Positions 19,518-29,900 of a stretch of DNA of 64,000 nt are shown here, one piece after another. The notes beneath the pieces were generated by a model, which worked only from the letters and a program-made list of their open reading frames with translations, did not search any database and was not told the origin of the DNA. Source of the stretch: Candidatus Atabeyarchaeum deiterrae. GTDB taxonomy: Archaea > Asgardarchaeota > Atabeyarchaeia > Atabeyarchaeales > Atabeyarchaeaceae. Both the position numbers and the translations under genes were made by a program. Numbering within the stretch: position 1 is the first letter of the stretch; every line of letters starts with the position of its first letter. The stretch covers positions 2,048,001 to 2,112,000 of the forward strand of contig CP147780.1 of the NCBI GenBank assembly GCA_037310415.1, read 5' to 3'.

Positions 19518-20333
19518 ATGTCAGAAAGCGGATCCTTGATGTCTTATGGGAAGGTGTCTAATATGAGCACGTCACGAATCGATCTAGTCCATACTGGGAT
19601 AGGACAGCTCGACGAACTCTTGGGGGGTGGTTTCCCCAAAGGAAGATGCGTTCTAGTAACAGGAGGATGCGGTACCGGAAAGAGTACTGTCGGCATCCAA
19701 TTCTTGGTGGAAGGAGCCATCAAGTATGGCGAGAGCGGTATCCTTGTCACCACGGAACAATCGCCGTCCGCAGTCAGATCCGACATGAAGAGTTTCGGCT
19801 GGGATCTGGAAAGCCTTGAGAGGGAACATAAACTTGCGATAGTCGATGTTGCTACCCCGAAATCTAAAGTCTTATACGCTGGTAAAGATGAAGTCACTCG
19901 CCTTATCAACCTGAATACTCTGCTTCTTGCGCTGTCTGAAGTCTCAAAGTCCATCAATGCCCAAAGAGTAGTTGTCGATTCCCTCCCTGGTCTGGAACTC
20001 ATTATCCAAGAGCCTGCTGCAATAAGACATGCTATCCACAGACTAATCGCAACACTGAAGGAGCTTGGCGTTACTTCAATGCTGATCTCAGAAGGTTCAG
20101 GGCATGGGCAGATAAGTCGATACGATGTAGAGGAGTTCATATGCGACGGTGTGATCTTCGTCGAACAGATAAGAGAAAAAGGAAAGTTTGAGCGAGGACT
20201 TACAATCGTCAAGATGAGAGGAGTCAGCCACGAATCCAAAACATGTCCAATGATGATAACGGGACAAGGGATAAGCGTCGTCCCGACAAAAGTAGCATCG
20301 ATGTCGTCAGCATTGGACCACCAATTCAAGTAG
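19518..20333 (+). CDS. Single-domain KaiC/RAD55-like ATPase
   Basis: TGIGQLDELLGGGFP, GGCGTGKS, VVVDS, VEEFICDGV, VKMRG. Confidence 0.92.
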   Translation: MSESGSLMSYGKVSNMSTSRIDLVHTGIGQLDELLGGGFPKGRCVLVTGGCGTGKSTVGIQFLVEGAIKYGESGILVTTEQSPSAVRSDMKSFGWDLESLEREHKLAIVDVATPKSKVLYAGKDEVTRLINLNTLLLALSEVSKSINAQRVVVDSLPGLELIIQEPAAIRHAIHRLIATLKELGVTSMLISEGSGHGQISRYDVEEFICDGVIFVEQIREKGKFERGLTIVKMRGVSHESKTCPMMITGQGISVVPTKVASMSSALDHQFK

Positions 20334-20362
20334 TCGCCAATGATCTCAGTACGCCTATTGAA

Positions 20363-20707
20363 TCACAGTTCAGCGACTTCAAATTCGCAGTGTTCGTCAC
20401 CTTTTGCGATGCAGGCAACTTCCTTGAGCACGATATCCGACCCCAGCAGCATTCTTAGAGCCGCCGACGCAGCGCCAGCAACGAACGCGTCAACTGGCTT
20501 CCCGTATGCTCTCAATTCGACTGCAACAGGGGAGTCATAATAATTGAGATGGATGTCTCTCTTTTTGATGTTGAATCTCGGCAATTCGAAGCGTCCTATG
20601 CCCCATAAGTTGATGTAATCGAGTGCTCTCGATAATGCGGCATCCGAAGGTTCAGTATCCACGCTAATTTGTTGTAGCAGCGTTTGCATCACGGCGTTCC
20701 GTGGCAA
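20363..20707 (-). CDS. V4R domain protein, N-terminally short (possibly frameshifted)
   Basis: WGIGRFE, DSPVA, KPVDAFVAG, EVACIAKGDEHCEF. Confidence 0.75.
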   Translation of the reverse strand: MPRNAVMQTLLQQISVDTEPSDAALSRALDYINLWGIGRFELPRFNIKKRDIHLNYYDSPVAVELRAYGKPVDAFVAGAASAALRMLLGSDIVLKEVACIAKGDEHCEFEVAEL

Positions 20708-20843
20708 TCATGATGATACCGATTGAAAGCGCAGTTGGGACCATTCGACACTGCCGCGTGTTTGACTGTGACGGGACTTCTCTTCTTGTTCTCCACCTTG
20801 TGTGTCTTCTTCGCTTGTGCCTTTTTGGTCTAGTGGAGTCCTT

Positions 20844-21944
20844 TCACATCAAATGGTGGTATGAACCGTTCAGATTATTCACATTCCCTTGCCACCCAGC
20901 GAGCAGGAATCTCACAATGGAGTGTCGATGCTTCGCACTATCTTTCATTTTTCTGAACCAGTATGCAATTAACACAATGAATACTGAAAGGGCGACGTAG
21001 ATCAGGAGAAACGTCTGCAGATCCACCTGCCCCCAGACGAGGTTAATAATGTATTCAATCAGGGCAAGGTGAAGAATATAGATGAGAAGAGAGAACTCAC
21101 CTAGTACTCGGAGTGGTCGATACCCCGAGAATGAAGGTCTACGATCAACTATTGAGAAAAAGATGATGATTACGCCAATTGCTGTTATAGCGTACCCAGT
21201 CGTTGGAGGGTAAAAGAGCTCGCTGTAGCCTGCGCGAGTTAAGAGGCTACCTGGGTAGAGCCACCAAAGAATTGCGCCGATCGACAGAACTGCTACTCCA
21301 ACGAGAAATATCAAATTGCTCCCAAGGGAATGCATTGCATGAGAGTCTCTTTGCTGGCTCCACCTCAACTCGCCGAGATTTACACCTAAGAGAGAGAATG
21401 CCAGCCAAGGAAATACAGGGAACCAGCCGTCGACCAGCCAATGGTTGAATATGCCTGTTTCGTCAACAACGACGACGGTCTGCTGACCTAGTAGGTTGAT
21501 CTCAGTTGGATACGCCGTGTAGCCGAGAACCGTCTGAAGAATCGGCGTCAAGGCGAAAATCAGTATGATGGCGATCCACCTGATTGAACTGTTTAACCGA
21601 AGGAAAAGATATGAAATGGGAAGGGATATTCCGATTAGGTACAATACGTCGAAGGTTGTGAAGGGATAGATATTCCAAATCAGGATGTCAATCAGTGCTC
21701 CAACCGCGACGAGCATTCCCCCTCTAACCATGAAGTATCGCAATCCGTGAGCCCTTGCTCGCGAAGTGAGCACCACCATCATGCCAGATATGAGAGTAAA
21801 TAATGGTGCAGCGAAGGAACCATAAACGCGGAGCAAGAACGGATGAGGTTCAACTAAGACAGAGGCAGCTAGGTTCGGAGCGATCATAGTAAGGACGGCA
21901 ATTCCTCGCAGAATGTCAACGGAAATATCTCGATTACTGACTAT
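20844..21944 (-). CDS. DUF1624/HGSNAT-like membrane acyltransferase family protein
   Basis: In-frame RDISVDILRGIAVLTM lies upstream of the called ATG (21887); FDVLYLIG, WFPVFPWL, SLLIYILH; start uncertain. Confidence 0.75.
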   Translation of the reverse strand: MVSNRDISVDILRGIAVLTMIAPNLAASVLVEPHPFLLRVYGSFAAPLFTLISGMMVVLTSRARAHGLRYFMVRGGMLVAVGALIDILIWNIYPFTTFDVLYLIGISLPISYLFLRLNSSIRWIAIILIFALTPILQTVLGYTAYPTEINLLGQQTVVVVDETGIFNHWLVDGWFPVFPWLAFSLLGVNLGELRWSQQRDSHAMHSLGSNLIFLVGVAVLSIGAILWWLYPGSLLTRAGYSELFYPPTTGYAITAIGVIIIFFSIVDRRPSFSGYRPLRVLGEFSLLIYILHLALIEYIINLVWGQVDLQTFLLIYVALSVFIVLIAYWFRKMKDSAKHRHSIVRFLLAGWQGNVNNLNGSYHHLM

Positions 21945-22410
21945 AGAGTTCTCATCTCCTTATGAGGCAGCGTTGCACTCGAACTAACGCTAGAGGAGGA
22001 ATAGTACAAAGATTCACGGGACCAGTTGTTCACGCTCAACGGTCAACTTCATTCCTTAAGCGGGTCGGTTGGCTCTTGACTGGGAAACCACAGTTAGGAA
22101 ATTTGTCCATTTGCTCACTCACCGTACGGTTCTTCTTGCCTTCCGATCCCGTCAAATGTCGTGAACAGCACCAACTGCTGACGTGACTCTTCCGTTTATT
22201 TAAGTGCTACTAGCCATCCATGATTTTGTGAGGCATTTTCGCGATCCGAAACGGCTCGATTGGGCGCACTAGTGATGGTCTTCTTATGCCCCCATTCTAC
22301 CCTTATAATGCGTGCTGCATCTGCGTGACTCTCCGCAAAGTTAAATATCAAACTCAATAAGTACAGCTAAAGGTCATTTTCACGCTCAATCCACGAGGCC
22401 ATGAACATAG

Positions 22411-23058
22411 ATGAAACCCAGGCTTGTACGCGCACTAGCAGTTCTGACAATATTGCTAGTTCTTTCCGCTACAGTTGCCTCCGCGCTGGCTGCCGATTAT
22501 AGTCAAGTTGGCGTAAGGGAGGGTGACAGCGCAGACTACTCGACAAGCTCGACGGTCTACCCGTACAACCTAACCACGAAGTACCACATATACTTCTACA
22601 GTGTAGCCGGAACCTATGTGACAATCAACGGCTTTTACCTCTTCCCTAATGGCACAGTTCAGGGAACCGAGTTAGTTGCTGGCGATGTGTCCGTCGGACA
22701 GAATCTGATTTACCTGAACGCAATCTGTTCCAACCTGGTAGCTGGCGACCCCATCTATAGTAACGCAACATGGCAGATCAATGAAACAATCACCATGAAC
22801 ATACTTGGAAAACCCAGACTGGTCAACCATGCCAACTTTCTCTTCGTCGGCGCTCCCTACAACGTCTACTGGGACAAAGCCACGGGACTGATGGTTGCGC
22901 AGCAGGCGCATCTCACTCCCACGAGTTGGATCAACTACACTCTGACTTCCACAACGGTCTTTACTGACGTCACAATTCTTGTCTACATTACCATTGGGAG
23001 CTTCGTTGCCATATTTGTCGTCGCAGTTGTCGCGCTCAGCAGACGGAGGAAAAGGTAA
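22411..23058 (+). CDS. Surface protein of the ADYxxVGVxxGD family (copy 4)
   Basis: Signal peptide, ADYSQVGVREGD, WDKATG, TLTST, C-terminal TM + RRRKR. Confidence 0.8.
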   Translation: MKPRLVRALAVLTILLVLSATVASALAADYSQVGVREGDSADYSTSSTVYPYNLTTKYHIYFYSVAGTYVTINGFYLFPNGTVQGTELVAGDVSVGQNLIYLNAICSNLVAGDPIYSNATWQINETITMNILGKPRLVNHANFLFVGAPYNVYWDKATGLMVAQQAHLTPTSWINYTLTSTTVFTDVTILVYITIGSFVAIFVVAVVALSRRRKR

Positions 23059-23240
23059 ACTCAAAAGGGTTGGCTCAACTGCTTTCGCTTCCACTCTCCT
23101 TCCTGAACCTAATGTCGCAAAGATTACTTGGCATTCGTCCGTCTGGGCTCCTGAATGAAGATTTATTAGGCATATCGCACGATATGTTAGCAACACATAA
23201 TGTCTGCTGAAACTGAGTAAATGAAGCGAGGAAGACATGT

Positions 23241-24257
23241 ATGGTTAGGGTTCGTGATTGGCTTAGAGTGTTCAGAACCAGCACTTCGCCTTTGACAGTA
23301 GTGTGCGTTGAAGTGTTCTACTTGATTGCTGGAGGACCGTTCCTGTCACTTTTCAATCTGCTGTTAATTCTCTGGGCGATCTTGCTTCACTTCATGGCCT
23401 ATGGACATAATGCACTCATGGATACCGCCCGTGGACTTGACCAAGAGAATCCTCATATGAAGAAACAACCTCTCACTTCAGGCTCGATCGGGTTGAACAA
23501 CGCCCACAACGTTATCAACTGGCTAATGCTCATAGCTATCCTAGTGGGACTACTCATTGTTCTCGCCTCACCAGGACAACAAGTGCTTGCATTGACTTTC
23601 CTCATCGTCTACGTGGTCAGTGGACACGCCTACAATGATGGACTCGACAAGGCTACAGTTCTCAGCTTCATTCCTGCCACATTAAGCTTCACTTCCCTTT
23701 GTGCAGCAAGCTACTTCCTGTACGCAACAAGCGCCTCGCAACTGTTCATTCTCGCATTGGTCTATATCATCCTAACGCAGTTGTTCATGATAGGCTGGGA
23801 AGGTTACCTCAAAGATGTGACTTTCGGAAAGGAACCTAACCTCCTCAGATCGCTTGGTGTCAAAGTGGAGAAGAGCAGATTCAACATAAACATGAAGGGA
23901 AGAATCTTCGGTTACGGGCTTAGGATCGCCGCAATCGTCGTGATGTTCATAATTGGGTCTACCGTGTTAGTCCTGACCGTCAACGCTGTAAGCCAGCTTA
24001 TCGCTTTCACGTCAATTGCAGTCTTTGCCATAGTCGCCGTGTTTTCTATGCTGCTGATTGAGGGCAGAGATTACAGTTATGATCGTGACCTGATCTACAT
24101 CGTGGTTGAGGATTTTGCAAGCATAGCTTTATTGCCATTGGTGCTGGTGCAACAGATTGGAGCGATTCCAGTGATAAGCATAATCAGCTTCGCCATTATA
24201 TGGTTCATCATATTCAACGAGATCTCGTGGTCCTCACTTATCAAGACCGCATTTTAG
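23241..24257 (+). CDS. UbiA-superfamily prenyltransferase-like membrane protein
   Basis: HNALMDTARGLD..P...PL.SG, YND, YLKD motifs; multiple TMs. Confidence 0.75.
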   Translation: MVRVRDWLRVFRTSTSPLTVVCVEVFYLIAGGPFLSLFNLLLILWAILLHFMAYGHNALMDTARGLDQENPHMKKQPLTSGSIGLNNAHNVINWLMLIAILVGLLIVLASPGQQVLALTFLIVYVVSGHAYNDGLDKATVLSFIPATLSFTSLCAASYFLYATSASQLFILALVYIILTQLFMIGWEGYLKDVTFGKEPNLLRSLGVKVEKSRFNINMKGRIFGYGLRIAAIVVMFIIGSTVLVLTVNAVSQLIAFTSIAVFAIVAVFSMLLIEGRDYSYDRDLIYIVVEDFASIALLPLVLVQQIGAIPVISIISFAIIWFIIFNEISWSSLIKTAF

Positions 24258-24421
24258 AACCAACAGTTCCCCTTTTTTCTATTTTCCTCATGAAACATGC
24301 AAGTTAGTTGTAGCGAGTGCTGTAATCTCGCATTTGGAAATGTAGTAGGTAACGTCCTGCTGGGATCATCAAAAAAAGGAGTAAAGGGCAGTGATGTTCC
24401 CTGAGTGAGGATCTTCACGCC

Positions 24422-25036
24422 TTACTTCAGAATTGCGTCAAGTCTTTTTCCGACTTCAGCCCAGTTAACGATGTTCCAGAATGCTTCAAGATACTTTGCT
24501 CGATCATTCTTGTAGTCTATGTAGTATGCGTGTTCAAACACATCGACAACCATTATGATCCTGAATGTGGGGACAACGTTGACATTGTGTTTCTCAATCT
24601 GCATGATAAATGGTCTCTTGCTTTCCCTGCAATATGCTACTGCTGCCCACCCAGAACCTTCAACGCTCGCTGCGGCTTGAGTGAACTCCTTCTTGAACCT
24701 GTCGAAGCTCCCAAATTCCTTCGTTAGGGTTTCCGCAAGAACTCCTGCTGGCTTGCCACTCTTTGCTGCAGGTGCCAGATTCTCCCAGAAGAGAGAGTGC
24801 ATTCTATGCCCTGCGGCGTTCCAGGATAAATCCTTGAGAGTGGCCTTCATGTCTAGATCGACATTCTCTTTTCGCGCCTTGTCCAATTTCTCAAATCCCG
24901 CATTTGCTCCATTAACGTATGCTTGGTGGTGTTTCTGATGGTGTATCGTCAACTGCGTTTCTGACATGTGAGGCTCTAAGTCTTTGTATCCGTACGGTAG
25001 TTTCGGCAAAACATACAACTTCGCTTTTTCTGCCAA
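24422..25036 (-). CDS. sod: Fe/Mn superoxide dismutase
   Basis: [33 protein letters not shown]. Confidence 0.97.
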   Translation of the reverse strand: MAEKAKLYVLPKLPYGYKDLEPHMSETQLTIHHQKHHQAYVNGANAGFEKLDKARKENVDLDMKATLKDLSWNAAGHRMHSLFWENLAPAAKSGKPAGVLAETLTKEFGSFDRFKKEFTQAAASVEGSGWAAVAYCRESKRPFIMQIEKHNVNVVPTFRIIMVVDVFEHAYYIDYKNDRAKYLEAFWNIVNWAEVGKRLDAILK

Positions 25037-25321
25037 AATTCCTTCAACCTCCTATTCGCACGCTAGTGCCTCTTGGCACAGCTTTTTTCACTTAGCCTTC
25101 TTCTAAGATTTTCCCTCTCTTCCTCATCAGATAACAAGAGAGTAGCAGTTCCGCTTTATTTGACTTTCTAGCTCAGGATTCTTAATTCTTTCCTAATATC
25201 GTCTGTTACTCTCATTCCATGTGACAAAAAGATTGTCCCACAATTGCATGTGGGACTTTGCTAGACATGTTGACCTTAAACGTTCAGACATGGTCCCCAT
25301 GACATTCTCTGCTTCTGAGTA

Positions 25322-25771
25322 CTATATTTCCTCGAGCAAAGTCGTGAAGGTATCATGGTGGTCTTCTTCTTGCTGCATTATTTCTCTGAATAGCCTGTTG
25401 GTTGTCTCGTCGCCCTCTTTTCGTGCCTTCTCAATGATTGTCCTGTAGAGTTTGATGGCACTTTCCTCGTCCTTGACATCTCTCTCAATCATTTCCTTAA
25501 GATTCTCTCCGACGAAAATAGGGTCTGGTTTCGTCGTCGGTTTTCCTCCGAGGTAAAAGAGTCTCTCGGCTATCATTTCCGCGTGCTTCATCTCTTGCTT
25601 TGCTATGTCTGACAGCTCATCTTTCACGGCGAATCCTTTTACCCCGCTCCATTGAACATGTTGCCACATGTACTGGATTGAGACTTGGACTTCAGCGGCT
25701 ATTCCCTTGTTCAGTAGATCCAATAGTTCTTTCGAAGCTTTTACTACACTTGCACTGTCTGGTGTACTCAA
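25322..25771 (-). CDS. Bacterioferritin/ferritin-like diiron protein
   Basis: E...QY, EMKHAE..AERL..LGG.P, E..AI..Y, QEEDH ferroxidase pattern; TTG at 25771 after AGGAGG. Confidence 0.88.
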   Translation of the reverse strand: MSTPDSASVVKASKELLDLLNKGIAAEVQVSIQYMWQHVQWSGVKGFAVKDELSDIAKQEMKHAEMIAERLFYLGGKPTTKPDPIFVGENLKEMIERDVKDEESAIKLYRTIIEKARKEGDETTNRLFREIMQQEEDHHDTFTTLLEEI

Positions 25772-26059
25772 GTCTTTTGCCCTCCTATGATTTGTATACG
25801 GGCTTGACTCCGCTATACTAATTGCACTGCCATATTTATATCTTAGGTGTTTCAGCATTCATCAGTTCTTCTTAAACCACTACCTGTCAACTAATTATCG
25901 GCGGATCTTCTGCTGTAACCCTTTTAGGTTTGAAAAGATAGTTAGATGGTTTGTGACGGGAACTCCAGTCAGACGATCGGTCAAGTTCTTCATAGCAGAA
26001 CGTATACTAACACATTGTCTATTCTGGGCAGTCTATCATAGTCATGTCAAGGGTGAATT

Positions 26060-27421
26060 GTGGCCATGGACTTCATCCCGGTTGCTTCAATCGCTATTTT
26101 CTTGGCAACCTTGTTCCTCATGATAAAACGTCCAAAAGGCATCAATATAGGCGTGGCCGCCGGGATTGGGGCCATAGCTTCACTTCTACTTGGCACAGTG
26201 ACATTGGGCGACACGATTGTGGCTTTCGGTAGCATATGGGACGCTGCATTAGCTTTTGTTGGCATAGTAACATTGTCTGTCACGCTGGATACCATGGGGT
26301 TTTTCAATTGGGCAGCTTTAAGAATTGCGAAGTTGGCTCGTGGGAATGGAGTTAAGCTTTACCTTTACATTGCTTTGCTCACCGCGGCCGTTAGCATACT
26401 TTTCGCCAATGACAGTGCAGTCCTGATATTGACACCCATCGTCATGGAGGTAGTCCGCCAGCTGAAAATGACTAGGAGCAGCAGGCTTGCCTACCTTTTT
26501 GGTGCTGGTCTTATTGCTGACACCGCGGCAATGCCACTTATCACAAGTAACCCAGTTAACATAGTAAGCGCCGACTTCTTCGGTTATACCTTCATAGACC
26601 ATCTTGTCTTCATGGGACTGATAACGATTGTCGTCGTCGCTCTAAGCATCTTTGTGATATACCTCTTCTTCAGAAAGAAGATACCAAAGACTTACTCAAC
26701 GGAATTGGTAGATGTTCTAGTTAGACACGGTCACAAACCAATGTGGCTCAAGACTAGCATAGTTACACTTGTTGCTATAGATGTGGGCTATGTCGTAGCT
26801 TCGTTCAATAGGATACCGGTCTCCTTTGTAATCTGCGCTGGTGCCCTTTTCCTTTTTGTGCTGTACGCTGCAACCTATAGGAGGGAAGCAGTGTACAAGG
26901 AGGAGAGGATGGGTTCGCTATACGTTCTAAGAAAGGTCAACTGGGACATCCTGTTCTTCATGATCGCGATTTTTCTTGTTGTTCAGGGGTTGAGACATGC
27001 TGGTGCAATTGACTTCTTTGCAGCTCTATTTGTCAGTAGCCTGTCTTTGCCTTCTGTGTTCTCAATACTTGCTCCTAGTCTCATTGTGACCGTTAGCGCA
27101 AGTGTAATGAACAATTGGCCGATGACAATGCTTGGCCTCCTTTCAATAAGGCAGGCAATGACCTCTTACGGTTTGAGCCCACAATCGAGCACGAGTTTGG
27201 TATTCGCAAACATAATAGGGAATAATCTTGGACCCCACTTCTTCCCCCTTGGATCCTTGGCGATTCTGATGTGGTTTGGCACCATGAAAAGAAAGGGTAT
27301 GACGATAGGGCTAAAGGACTACCTTAGGGTCGGCTCCATACTCTCCATCCTGCAGGTTGTGGCTGCTTCTCTCATCTTGTGGCTTGAGCAAGCTTATCTC
27401 GGCCTGACTCTTTCCATTTGA
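26060..27421 (+). CDS. arsB: ArsB-family arsenite/anion efflux permease
   Basis: FANDSAVLILTP, ADTAAMPLITSNPVN, MNNWP, GNNLGP..PLGSLA.LMW. Confidence 0.85.
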   Translation: MAMDFIPVASIAIFLATLFLMIKRPKGINIGVAAGIGAIASLLLGTVTLGDTIVAFGSIWDAALAFVGIVTLSVTLDTMGFFNWAALRIAKLARGNGVKLYLYIALLTAAVSILFANDSAVLILTPIVMEVVRQLKMTRSSRLAYLFGAGLIADTAAMPLITSNPVNIVSADFFGYTFIDHLVFMGLITIVVVALSIFVIYLFFRKKIPKTYSTELVDVLVRHGHKPMWLKTSIVTLVAIDVGYVVASFNRIPVSFVICAGALFLFVLYAATYRREAVYKEERMGSLYVLRKVNWDILFFMIAIFLVVQGLRHAGAIDFFAALFVSSLSLPSVFSILAPSLIVTVSASVMNNWPMTMLGLLSIRQAMTSYGLSPQSSTSLVFANIIGNNLGPHFFPLGSLAILMWFGTMKRKGMTIGLKDYLRVGSILSILQVVAASLILWLEQAYLGLTLSI

Positions 27422-27503
27422 GCGTAGTTCCGCAGTCCAGTCAGAACTCTATTTCAGGATAGAAAATAAGATGGGAACAAACATCGACAAAGATGAAAGC
27501 TCG

Positions 27504-28616
27504 TCACATTTTTCGTTCGGGCAAGAAGTTGGACAAGCTTTCTTGCGCTTCTTTTCTCTTGCCCAGCGCGGACAGTCTCACCCCGACTCTTCTGATCTGC
27601 TTTTCCCCCTCTTTCAGAAACCTCATAAGAAGATCCTTTACTGTATCCTTGACGACTTGCAGTTGGTTCGTGGGGCTCTCAAAGGTTCTTGAGCGGCTGT
27701 GAGCGATTAGATCCACCATGATCAAAACAATGCCAACCGACTTGAATGTCAGTCCGCGCTCCGACAACCTTGCATGTACTTCTTCACATAGTTGGTTCGC
27801 TTTTTCGAGAATAGTGTTCAGATCATGGGTGTCTTCACTTAGAGTAGAGATCCGGCTTATCGATTCCAATTCTCCCCTTTCCTGAACAGGAGACTCGTCT
27901 ATTCCAAGTGCTGCGTTGCGGTAATATGATCCGAGGTTCTTGCCGAATACTTGGACGAGCGTTTGGACATCATACTTCGCTAGGTCGCTGATCGTTTTGA
28001 TGCCCATGCTTTCCAGTTTCCTATTTGTTTTGCTTCCGATCCCGATGATGCGGTCAACTGGCATGGGAGACAAGAAAATCTCCACGTTACGAGGTTCGAC
28101 TGACGTTAAGCCATCAGGTTTATCAACATCAGAGGCAATCTTCGCTATCAGCTTGTTCGGGCCAATTCCAACAGAACAGGTTATTCCTTCCTGCGCTTTC
28201 ACATCCTCTTTGATCATTCGCGCAAGCTGCCTCGCATCCTCGAAGCTTCCCTTGCTTCGCCGGCTCACCTCCAAGTACGCCTCGTCTATTCCAACTTGCT
28301 CGAAGCTGTCAGCGTAACTTCTGAGAATGTTCATTGTTCTCCCAGAAACTTCCTCGTAGTAGTTGCGATCTACGGGCAGAAACACTGCGTTAGGAACATT
28401 CGTCAATCTTCTCTTTGCAAATGCTATGGGGATCCCCGACTTGACACCGTATTCTCTCGCCACGTAGTTCGCTGTTGCCACAGCACCACTATCTTCACTT
28501 CGCCCTGAATATACGCAAACGACAACCGGCTTGTCTTTGATGGAAGGGTTCCTTATCTCCTCAGCTTGGGCGTAAAAGTAGTCCAAGTCCACCAGCATCA
28601 CGATTCTGTCCGTCAA
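27504..28616 (-). CDS. dinB: DNA polymerase IV (Y family, DinB/Dbh)
   Basis: VDLDYFYAQ, ATANYVAREYGV, GIDEAYL, SVGIGPNKLIAKIASD..KPDG. Confidence 0.96.
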   Translation of the reverse strand: MTDRIVMLVDLDYFYAQAEEIRNPSIKDKPVVVCVYSGRSEDSGAVATANYVAREYGVKSGIPIAFAKRRLTNVPNAVFLPVDRNYYEEVSGRTMNILRSYADSFEQVGIDEAYLEVSRRSKGSFEDARQLARMIKEDVKAQEGITCSVGIGPNKLIAKIASDVDKPDGLTSVEPRNVEIFLSPMPVDRIIGIGSKTNRKLESMGIKTISDLAKYDVQTLVQVFGKNLGSYYRNAALGIDESPVQERGELESISRISTLSEDTHDLNTILEKANQLCEEVHARLSERGLTFKSVGIVLIMVDLIAHSRSRTFESPTNQLQVVKDTVKDLLMRFLKEGEKQIRRVGVRLSALGKRKEAQESLSNFLPERKM

Positions 28617-28671
28617 GAGGAGTTACCTGACCCATAGGACGGCGTTCCGGAACATAGCGATAGTACCACTC

Positions 28672-29754
28672 TCAGATTTCAACTGCGGAGAATGTGAGGA
28701 GTTCAATGAGTCTTTCGAGGTCTCGGCGATGACACATCTCGACAGGGGAGTGCATATACCTAATCGGGATCGTGATCGGAACCATCGGAACACCTTTCTC
28801 GTGGAATGCTAGTCCGTCAGTCATTCCGCCAGTTGGCCCAGCTCCCAAAGGGATCTCATGCTTCTTAGCTATTTTCCTAACCCGTTCAACTAGCTTCGGG
28901 TTGGCAGTAGTGCCATTATCGACGATTCGAAGCACAGGTCCTTCCCCAAGTCTCGCTGGGGCCAAGTAGAACTGCGTCATTGGAGCGTCTCCGCAAGGAT
29001 ATGAATCGACTACAATTACCTTGTCAGCCCGTATCGTGCTGGCAATAGCCCTTGCTCCTGTCAGTCCTGTCTCTTCTTGAACACTCCATACGAATGTCAA
29101 TTTTCTTTCTAATCCGGTGCGGTACAGTTTTCGCAGAACCTCAAGCAACGCCAAGCATCCGAACCGATCGTCGATGCTTCTGCAGCAGAAGTAGTCACCG
29201 TTTATTATCTTGAACTCTTTCTTGAGCGTAACTTGGTCGAGCATTCCTACCCCTAGTTTAAGAGTTTCTTCCCTCGATCTGGTTCCGAGATCCAGGGAGA
29301 GTTCGTGCCATTGGGGAACCCTCCTTGTTGATTCAGGATCGATTGTCAGGTGTGGAGGTGGTAGTCCTATCACTCCCTCGATAACCTTATCTTTGGTGTG
29401 CACCTGGAGTGTTTTCCCTGGCAGGTATCTGTCATCGAAGGATCCGACTTTCCTGAGTTTGACGTATCCGTTTTCCTCGATGTTGGAAACTAAGTAGCCT
29501 AGTTCATCCATATGTGCAATCAGTATGATACTTTCGTTGCCCAGGCCGATTGACGCTATCAGGTTTCCTACTGCGTCGACTCTCGAATCGACTTCTTCTG
29601 GAATGAGTTCTTGGATCTTTCCTCTGACTCCTGCTTCAAAACCTGATACACCGATAGCCTCAACCAGTGATTTCAGTGTTTTCTCCAGATGATTGTCTGG
29701 AGATGCGTTTTCACGTTCGTCGCCACTACCATCTTCATAGGAGCGATTTACCAT
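28672..29754 (-). CDS. M42-family (TET-type) aminopeptidase
   Basis: GVSGFE, AHMDE, IDDRFG, VQEETG, GGMTD, RYMHSPVE. Confidence 0.93.
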   Translation of the reverse strand: MVNRSYEDGSGDERENASPDNHLEKTLKSLVEAIGVSGFEAGVRGKIQELIPEEVDSRVDAVGNLIASIGLGNESIILIAHMDELGYLVSNIEENGYVKLRKVGSFDDRYLPGKTLQVHTKDKVIEGVIGLPPPHLTIDPESTRRVPQWHELSLDLGTRSREETLKLGVGMLDQVTLKKEFKIINGDYFCCRSIDDRFGCLALLEVLRKLYRTGLERKLTFVWSVQEETGLTGARAIASTIRADKVIVVDSYPCGDAPMTQFYLAPARLGEGPVLRIVDNGTTANPKLVERVRKIAKKHEIPLGAGPTGGMTDGLAFHEKGVPMVPITIPIRYMHSPVEMCHRRDLERLIELLTFSAVEI

Positions 29755-29900
29755 GTTCAACCCTCGACCAAGTAAGCTGAATGCTGACGATGTATTTGAA
29801 ACACAACACATATAACGTTGATGTTTGGATTCAACATATATTTGGCTCCAACCAGCATACTGAAAGGATCGTGTAGGCGCTCTGGGGGTCCAATATTAGG

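Noticed and set aside
19544-20329. 261-aa antisense ORF over the KaiC-like gene (likewise 35922..36518, 17035..17604, 22672..23238)
   Set aside because: Antisense shadows of well-supported genes
20708-20710. TGA before the V4R ORF read as selenocysteine
   Set aside because: The upstream in-frame translation is not V4R-like and no SECIS is evident
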